Virus record (IMG/VR): IMGVR_UViG_3300028888_001839
Location: 121,001 to 185,000 of that record
Source: a virus
Taxonomy: Duplodnaviria; Heunggongvirae; Uroviricota; Caudoviricetes
DNA length: 64,000 nucleotides
Reading direction: 5' to 3' (one strand)
Shown here in pieces: positions 28,912 through 34,253 of the stretch; position 1 is the stretch's first letter, and the number at the start of each line of letters is the position of its first letter. The position numbers were made by a program, and so were the translations under genes. The notes below the pieces were generated by a model. The model was not told the DNA's origin. It worked only from the letters and a program-made list of their open reading frames with translations, and did not search any database.

Positions 28912-29358
28912 ATGTTGGTTCATAGGTTTATAGGGCTGTCGGAGATAAAAGCACTTCTCCAAGAAGGAGTTGTAAGACCATTACCAGAGAATGGAAGAAG
29001 ATGTCTTTACTTTTTTGACAGCGAAGAGCATGAGTGTCCTAGCTATCAATTGGAATATTTCTATGGTGTAGTAGGTGAGATATACTCTCACAACCAAAGA
29101 GAGAGATATTTCTTCTTGATTCATTGCGATATCCCAGAAGATAGATTTCAGGTTGTGTGTGAAACTTATGCAGATCCAGAAGGTAGTTGGTTTGACACGA
29201 TAGGTGTTGAAGAACTACATCTGTTTGGTGAGTATAGGAAGGAATCCGTAAAGGCTATTGAACTTTATTCCGACCACTATTTTGGATTCAAACTACATTC
29301 GTCTTATGAGACGATAGAAGAAGCTTATAAATTCTTGAAGGCCAACAATGTGGATTGA
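28912..29358 (+). CDS. hypothetical protein
   Basis: 148 aa, GAGG SD. Confidence 0.7.
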   Translation: MLVHRFIGLSEIKALLQEGVVRPLPENGRRCLYFFDSEEHECPSYQLEYFYGVVGEIYSHNQRERYFFLIHCDIPEDRFQVVCETYADPEGSWFDTIGVEELHLFGEYRKESVKAIELYSDHYFGFKLHSSYETIEEAYKFLKANNVD

Positions 29359-29376
29359 TTTGGAAAAAAATGAGGT

Positions 29377-29450
29377 TGGTTGTCCCTCCCCGATTCGAAC
29401 GGGGAACATGGGGATCAAAGCCCCGTGAGTTGCCATTACTCCAAGGGACA
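29377..29450 (-). tRNA. tRNA-Gln(TTG)
   Basis: Cloverleaf, anticodon loop CT-TTG-AT, encoded CCA. Confidence 0.9.
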
Positions 29451-29456
29451 ATAGAT

Positions 29457-29533
29457 TGGTGGAAGTGGCGAGGCTCGAACTCGCGACCCATGCATTAAAA
29501 GTGCATTGCTACTGCCAACTGAGCTACACTTCC
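29457..29533 (-). tRNA. tRNA-Lys(TTT)
   Basis: Cloverleaf, loop CT-TTT-AA, CCA. Confidence 0.92.
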
Positions 29534-29536
29534 AAA

Positions 29537-29615
29537 TGGTAGGCGTGGTGGGACTTGAACCCACAAAATCCCCGGATTAAGAATCCGGTGCATTGACCAG
29601 TTTTGCTACACGCCC
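29537..29615 (-). tRNA. tRNA-Lys(CTT)
   Basis: Cloverleaf, loop TT-CTT-AA, CCA. Confidence 0.9.
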
Positions 29616-29622
29616 ATTGAAA

Positions 29623-29697
29623 TGGCAGGGAATACTCGATTCGAACGGGTACTAAAGGATTCGTAGTCCCTCGTGCTATCCATTACACCAATTCCCC
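29623..29697 (-). tRNA. tRNA-Arg(ACG)
   Basis: Cloverleaf, loop CT-ACG-AA, CCA. Confidence 0.88.
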
Positions 29698-29699
29698 AT

Positions 29700-29774
29700 T
29701 GGGGAGACACCTGGGGGTTGAACCCAGAATTGAAGAGTCACAATCTTCCGTGTTACCGCTACACTAGTGCCGCC
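29700..29774 (-). tRNA. tRNA-His(GTG), G-1 encoded
   Basis: Loop TT-GTG-AC, C73, CCA. Confidence 0.88.
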
Positions 29775-29835
29775 ATTAAAATTCAAGTGCAACCTTATAT
29801 GGTTGATTCATGCTCTTTCAATCATAAAAGGTTGA

Positions 29836-29911
29836 TGGTGGCGGAAGGTGGATTCGGACCACCGACCAACGCCTTATGAAGACGCTGCACTAACCGCTGT
29901 GCTACTCCGCC
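29836..29911 (-). tRNA. tRNA with CAT anticodon (Met or Ile2)
   Basis: Loop TT-CAT-AA, CCA. Confidence 0.88.
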
Positions 29912-29987
29912 AAAGCGGATGCCGCAACTGGACTTCTCCAACAACGGCATCGGATTCTCTTCCTACAACATGGTAGGGGAGACGATA

Positions 29988-30062
29988 TGGTGGCCAGTCG
30001 TGGGATCGGACCACGGACGCCCTGCTCTTCAGGCAGTCGCTCTACCACTGAGCTAACTGGCC
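29988..30062 (-). tRNA. tRNA-Phe(GAA)
   Basis: Loop CT-GAA-GA, CCA. Confidence 0.9.
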
Positions 30063-30074
30063 TCTAAATTAGAA

Positions 30075-30151
30075 TGGTTGGAGCGGTCAGACTTGGACTG
30101 ACGAATGCTGCCTTATCAGGGCAGTGTGTTAACCAACTTCACCACGCTCCA
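30075..30151 (-). tRNA. tRNA-Ile(GAT)
   Basis: Loop CT-GAT-AA, CCA. Confidence 0.88.
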
Positions 30152-30163
30152 ATAAAATAAATT

Positions 30164-30238
30164 TGGAGGTCGGTCACGGTTATGCTCCGCACTATGAGGT
30201 TTTGCAGACCTCCGCCTATGCTACTCGGCCAACCGACC
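30164..30238 (-). tRNA. tRNA-Cys(GCA), atypical T-loop
   Basis: Loop CT-GCA-AA, U73, CCA; T-loop AGCATAA. Confidence 0.8.
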
Positions 30239-30244
30239 TTAAAA

Positions 30245-30318
30245 TGGCTGCCCACCTAGGGTACGAGCCTAGAACCTTCGGGGTCAGAACCCGATGCACC
30301 GCTTTGTGCTAGTGGGCA
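30245..30318 (-). tRNA. tRNA-Gln(CTG)
   Basis: Loop TT-CTG-AC, CCA. Confidence 0.82.
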
Positions 30319-30354
30319 CTAAAAAAGTTACAAAGAGATTGTTTCAAATATGGG

Positions 30355-30897
30355 TTAATTAAGACCTGCAATTTTAGATGCTCTTCTGTAATTGAAAGAC
30401 TTTGGTAACCGTTTTAGGGAAGGGACCTGATATGTCTCATCTACATTCAACCATCTCCATAGGAAATTCCGGTAAGTCTTCAATATCCCATTACAACACT
30501 TCATCACACAAACCCTTTCAAAGCCATAATCTCTTGTAGCTGTAGCACTCTCAAAACACACGATAGGGATTCCATCCAATGTTGACATCATTACACGTTT
30601 TGCATGGTTATTTGTGTGAATGTTCCAGTAATTCCTAGACCTCTTAATTTTGGAATATACAGTTTCAGGGGATTGTTTCTTCCCCTTGAAATGGTTTCTA
30701 GTGTGCTCACTTCGATCAATTAGTTCTAGGTTCTCAATCCGATTATCGCTTTTGATTCCATTTTTATGATGAACATCTTTCCCTCTTACTGCATCTTCTC
30801 CCCAGTATTTAATTGCAATCAGGCGATGCTCATCAATTCTCTTTCCGTGAATTTTGAGACTTTTGTATTTGTTTGGTGTTCCGTCTTTCTTTTTCAT
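30355..30897 (-). CDS. free-standing HNH homing endonuclease with NUMOD-like C-terminus
   Basis: RIDEHRL...DVHHKNGIKSDNRIENLEL. Confidence 0.9.
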   Translation of the reverse strand: MKKKDGTPNKYKSLKIHGKRIDEHRLIAIKYWGEDAVRGKDVHHKNGIKSDNRIENLELIDRSEHTRNHFKGKKQSPETVYSKIKRSRNYWNIHTNNHAKRVMMSTLDGIPIVCFESATATRDYGFERVCVMKCCNGILKTYRNFLWRWLNVDETYQVPSLKRLPKSFNYRRASKIAGLN

Positions 30898-31075
30898 GTT
30901 GCACCTATAAAATTACCGCTGCTATGCGGTAAGATGCAGAACGATAAGTTCTGGGCGCATAGCAGACGGCAAAAAGAGTGTTACTGTTTCTCATAGCATC
31001 TTACCTCTAATGAGTGGAACAGACAAAAGTATATCATATTCAGATTGTGCTGTCTATGATGAATCCAAAAAAAAA

Positions 31076-31152
31076 TGGTGGCCTCGGTCGGATTCGGACC
31101 GACACTGTAATGTTCCTAAGACATTCGACTCCTGCCGTTGGTCTACGAGGCC
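31076..31152 (-). tRNA. tRNA-Leu(TAG), short variable loop
   Basis: Loop CT-TAG-GA, A73, CCA. Confidence 0.85.
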
Positions 31153-31158
31153 GTGAAA

Positions 31159-31235
31159 TGGTGGAGAAGGACGGATACGAGCCGCCACTTGTAGCATTCT
31201 GAGTGCTATGCCTCTGCCAGTTGGGCTACTTCTCC
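31159..31235 (-). tRNA. tRNA-Leu(CAG), short variable loop
   Basis: Loop CT-CAG-AA, A73, CCA. Confidence 0.82.
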
Positions 31236-31414
31236 AATAGGAAGCCTATAGGGAATCCGCTAGACATCATAGCCTTTTATGGGGATTCGAACCACCACCG
31301 CACGGCTTTATTGATTATAACCGTGTCCTTCTCATATAGGGACATTAGATGTCATTGCCCCCAGGAGACGTGACTGCCTTTTCACCAATTCTCATTCCTA
31401 TAGACAACCGAAAA

Positions 31415-31492
31415 TGGTAGGAGTGGAGGAAGTCGAATCCCCAAATCCGTGTTATTTTGAGTAACACCGCTCTGCCATTGGCGTACACTCCC
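31415..31492 (-). tRNA. tRNA-Leu(CAA), short variable loop
   Basis: Loop CT-CAA-AA, CCA. Confidence 0.82.
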
Positions 31493-31618
31493 ATAATGCT
31501 CATCATGGTCAACCACTCGCTGCCCACCATACTCTGACTTCAAGTAATGCCATGCTTAATGCAGCACCTCTAAAATCATTTCTGCCTTAGCCTTGTCCGT
31601 TGCGATGAGCAAAATCGT

Positions 31619-31696
31619 TGGTAGGGGCAGTGGGACTCGAACCCACACTGTACGGGGTTTAAGCCCGTTGCCTGCTGCCGATTGGGCTATGCCCCC
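31619..31696 (-). tRNA. tRNA-Leu(TAA), short variable loop
   Basis: Loop CT-TAA-AC, canonical T-arm, CCA. Confidence 0.88.
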
Positions 31697-31721
31697 AAGT
31701 GATAAACTTGGGCAGATTTCA

Positions 31722-31793
31722 ATGAGTTCTGACGGGGGAATCGAACCTCTTCTCGACCTTAACGAGAACTAGCCACCAGGCTTCAGAACTCAT
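31722..31793 (-). ncRNA. tRNA-like RNA with an 11-bp closing stem and no encoded CCA
   Basis: ATGAGTTCTGA/TCAGAACTCAT stem, D-like hairpin AGCC-TGGT-GGCT, 6-bp stem with loop TT-AAG-GT, T-loop TTCGATT. Confidence 0.55.
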
Positions 31794-31825
31794 CACGGCT
31801 CTGCTATGACCGTCTTGCAAGAAGA

Positions 31826-32037
31826 ACTCAAATGGTGTGCTGTGACGCTAAAGGATACCTGCTAGCTCACCCGGTAAGTCTGTACGATTAGACCTTAATC
31901 TCTATGCATCATCTCACAGTTTACCCCAAATCGGGACTGCGAACGTCCGTCTCCTCTCACTGTCTTTAGGTTTGCACCGATGCATAGAGTCCACTCATTA
32001 TAAGATGGCTGCCTCTAAGCCTACTTTCCATTTGAGT
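31826..32037 (-). ncRNA. 212-nt structured RNA containing a 23S rRNA H42-H44 (L11-binding / GTPase-associated region) mimic
   Basis: 10-bp closing helix ACTCAAATGG/CCATTTGAGT; GUAGGCUUAGAGGCAGCCAUC...UAAUGAGU and GCGUCACAGCACA flank a 144-nt structured insert. Confidence 0.75.
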
Positions 32038-32042
32038 AAAGA

Positions 32043-32120
32043 TGGCGGGGTGTACGGGATTCGAACCCGTGAAATACCGGATCGACAGTCCGGCGGCGTA
32101 GACCACTGGCCCAACACCCC
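32043..32120 (-). tRNA. tRNA-Asp(GTC)
   Basis: Loop CT-GTC-GA, G73, CCA. Confidence 0.9.
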
Positions 32121-32124
32121 AAGA

Positions 32125-32211
32125 TGGCGGAGAGGACACGTTCCGACCGTGCGTGGGAGTTACCCCGCTTCGTTTCCAGCGAAGCCTGTTTGCCAATTCC
32201 AGCACCTCTCC
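32125..32211 (-). tRNA. tRNA-Ser(GGA)
   Basis: Loop CT-GGA-AA, long variable arm, G73. Confidence 0.85.
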
Positions 32212-32222
32212 TAATATCAAAA

Positions 32223-32318
32223 TGGCGGAGTTGGGTGGATTCGGACCACTACGGGGACTTTCGACCCCTACTGGCGGTTTAGCAAACCGCTGCCTTACCA
32301 GATTAGGCTTACAACTCC
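32223..32318 (-). tRNA. tRNA-Ser(GCT)
   Basis: Loop TT-GCT-AA, long variable arm. Confidence 0.88.
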
Positions 32319-32323
32319 AAGAA

Positions 32324-32417
32324 TGGCGGAAGAGGAGAATTCCGAGATCTCACACGGCATCGCTACCGTTACTAGCGGTTTTCAAGACCGCCCCCTTGCC
32401 TTTAGGGTTACTCTTCC
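32324..32417 (-). tRNA. tRNA-Ser(TGA)
   Basis: Loop CT-TGA-AA, long variable arm. Confidence 0.85.
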
Positions 32418-32420
32418 AAA

Positions 32421-32514
32421 TGGCGGAAGGGAGGGATCTTGAAACCCTACACGAGGTTTCCCCCGCTACTAGCGGTGTTCGAAGCCGCTTCCTTGCCTTT
32501 AGGATTACCCTTCC
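32421..32514 (-). tRNA. tRNA-Ser(CGA)
   Basis: Loop TT-CGA-AC, long variable arm. Confidence 0.82.
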
Positions 32515-32518
32515 AAAA

Positions 32519-32602
32519 TGGTGGGCCTGAGAGGATTCGAACCTCCACGCCGAAGCACTACCACCTCAAGGTAGCGTGTACTGCCAATTTCACCACAGGC
32601 CC
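32519..32602 (-). tRNA. tRNA-Leu(GAG)
   Basis: Loop TT-GAG-GT, variable arm GC-TTCG-GC, A73. Confidence 0.9.
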
Positions 32603-32615
32603 ATGAAAATCACGA

Positions 32616-32691
32616 TGGCATCTCCATTGGGATTCGAACCCAAGTTATCTGGCTGAGAACCAGATGTACTAGACCCCTATACGATGGAGAC
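32616..32691 (-). tRNA. tRNA-Glu(CTC)
   Basis: Loop TT-CTC-AG, CCA. Confidence 0.9.
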
Positions 32692-32697
32692 TTCTTA

Positions 32698-32783
32698 TGG
32701 CACGGGCGACGGGACTTGAACCCGCATTGCATTTCTGCTCTGCCTTGAAAGGGCAGTGGCTATACCAATTTGCCTACACCCGC
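32698..32783 (-). tRNA. tRNA with Glu(TTC) anticodon and long variable arm
   Basis: Loop CT-TTC-AA; 14-nt variable region with GCA-GAAA-TGC hairpin. Confidence 0.82.
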
Positions 32784-33269
32784 ATTAGAAATAGCATTGA
32801 TTCGTGTCTTAAGCTCTATAGAAGGAGGAACTTTATCAACATATTTCCAGATAAATCCTTTTTCCTTCTTACGGATTCCTTTGCAACAGTCCTTTACATG
32901 AGGTCTGTCGAACCCATAGTATGACACAGCAGAACAAGACTCATAGACGGCTAGCAGGACACCCGATAATGAAAACTGTCCTACCATCTTCTTATTATTC
33001 ATTGTATGTGTTTTGAAGTAATTCAATGTTGCGATAGACAACTTCTTTCTAGTCTCTTCGGGAAGTGTTCGCCCTAACATATGCTTTTGTGAATGGCGAG
33101 AACGAGGAATCAATTCAAGATTTTCAATCCTATTGTCTAACTTATCCCCATTCTTATGATGAACGTCCATTCCTTTGCAGGCTTCCTCTCCCCAGTGCTG
33201 TATAGCCACAAGACGATGTTCGTCAATTCGTTTGCCGTTGACTTTTCTTGCTTTGTATTGGTATTTCAT
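32760..33269 (-). CDS. free-standing HNH homing endonuclease, paralog of 30355-30897
   Basis: RIDEHRL...DVHHKNGDKLDNRIENLEL; likely start MKYQYK; stop codon lies inside the tRNA-Glu gene. Confidence 0.88.
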   Translation of the reverse strand: MKYQYKARKVNGKRIDEHRLVAIQHWGEEACKGMDVHHKNGDKLDNRIENLELIPRSRHSQKHMLGRTLPEETRKKLSIATLNYFKTHTMNNKKMVGQFSLSGVLLAVYESCSAVSYYGFDRPHVKDCCKGIRKKEKGFIWKYVDKVPPSIELKTRINAISNAGVGKLV

Positions 33270-33422
33270 AACGAAAAATAAAAGTCCGTAATGCGATGAG
33301 AGCCGCATTGAATGCGGGCGCATAACGGACAAATGGTTGTTGAACTTCATAGGGCTCTCATCTCCTATTGGTAGAACGAGTGGTAGTATACCACAAACCA
33401 TGCCGTGATGGCAACTACAAAA

Positions 33423-33515
33423 TGGTCGTAGGGGGAGGATTTGGACCTTCGGTGTTTACCACATGGGTAGCAGTTTTACAGACTGCCCTGTTCGGCCAAC
33501 TACAGAAACCCTACG
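33423..33515 (-). tRNA. tRNA-Tyr(GTA) with C1-G72
   Basis: Loop CT-GTA-AA, long variable arm, acceptor CGTAGGG/CCCTACG-A-CCA. Confidence 0.85.
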
Positions 33516-33521
33516 AAAAAA

Positions 33522-33608
33522 TGGCACGCATCGCAGGACTCGAACCTGCACTCCCTTACGGGCTCATCGGTTAACAGCCGAGGCCGATACCATTCCGGAC
33601 AGATGCGT
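33522..33608 (-). tRNA. tRNA with Asn(GTT) anticodon and long variable arm
   Basis: Loop CT-GTT-AA; variable arm CCC-GTAA-GGG; G73. Confidence 0.82.
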
Positions 33609-33780
33609 ATTAGAAAGTCCCAATCAATTTGCTGCGGTATCCTCTACAACCCATTAGACGAACGGCTTTGTCAAATGAGCAAAAACAATAGCCGTGACGG
33701 TTTTGACCCGACATCTCCGCAAGCTACGCTAGACAAGGGCGATTGGGTGTCCCTTACCTAGGTTATTCATCTTCTTCCAA

Positions 33781-33846
33781 TTTTCAAAGAGCTAGTAGTA
33801 GAAACAATCAGAGCGGTTCCGCTTTCTTTTCTTGCGGGGCCGCTCT
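33781..33846 (-). promoter_or_regulatory. rrn-type boxA with upstream hairpin (antitermination site)
   Basis: GCTCTTTGAAAA (33781-33792) preceded by an AGAGCGG/CCGCTCT hairpin in the leader of the tRNA array. Confidence 0.6.
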
Positions 33847-34091
33847 TCGCTTCTTGCTACATTTGGATGACTTACTCACCTAGAATGTTCGCGACCCCGC
33901 ACAGGCACTATCTTCGCGATAGGACAACTGGCAGCGCTCAATGCTATTAAGGCAAAACGATAGATGCTGCCGGTTGTCCGACAGTTTCCATGACTTGTTT
34001 TGCTTCATAGCGAACATAGTAGGTTTTCTTTCTTCTTTATCCATGCCAACCAGACAATCGGGTTGCACCCGCAAACCTTCTTGTGTGGTCA

Positions 34092-34129
34092 ACGGCGCAT
34101 ATTGTACCACAGTCAGATTTGGATGACAA
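34092..34129 (-). promoter_or_regulatory. promoter of the tRNA array
   Basis: CCCC-TTGTCA-17bp-TACAAT-ATGCGCCGT on the minus strand. Confidence 0.75.
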
Positions 34130-34183
34130 GGGGGTGTGTAAGTTTTTTTTCTTTTTTTTTCAATGAGCAATTTTCATACCCTC

Positions 34184-34213
34184 TTGAAAGCCGGATGAGG
34201 GATGTGGTATAAT
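34184..34213 (+). promoter_or_regulatory. promoter of clpX, divergent from the tRNA promoter
   Basis: TTGAAA-18bp-TATAAT. Confidence 0.75.
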
Positions 34214-34253
34214 GTCGGCCGTCAAGGACCAACAAGGAAGACAATAGACAAAA

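Noticed and set aside
31076-31696. Four tRNA-Leu with short variable loops
   Set aside because: Short-arm tRNA-Leu is already known from phage and bacterial tRNA arrays, so it is not novel by itself.
31076-32417. tRNAs with anticodons written TAG, TAA and TGA read as suppressor or Sec tRNAs
   Set aside because: These are anticodons (5'-3') that decode CTA and TTA (Leu) and TCA (Ser). Suppressors would need CTA, TTA or TCA anticodons.
33330-33770. Possible extra tRNAs at ~33335-33415 and ~33687-33770
   Set aside because: They have partial stems or an ACCA end but no consistent cloverleaf or anticodon arm, so they were not called.
34142-34160. Long T tracts between the divergent promoters
   Set aside because: Best explained as UP-element-like A/T tracts shared by the two promoters.
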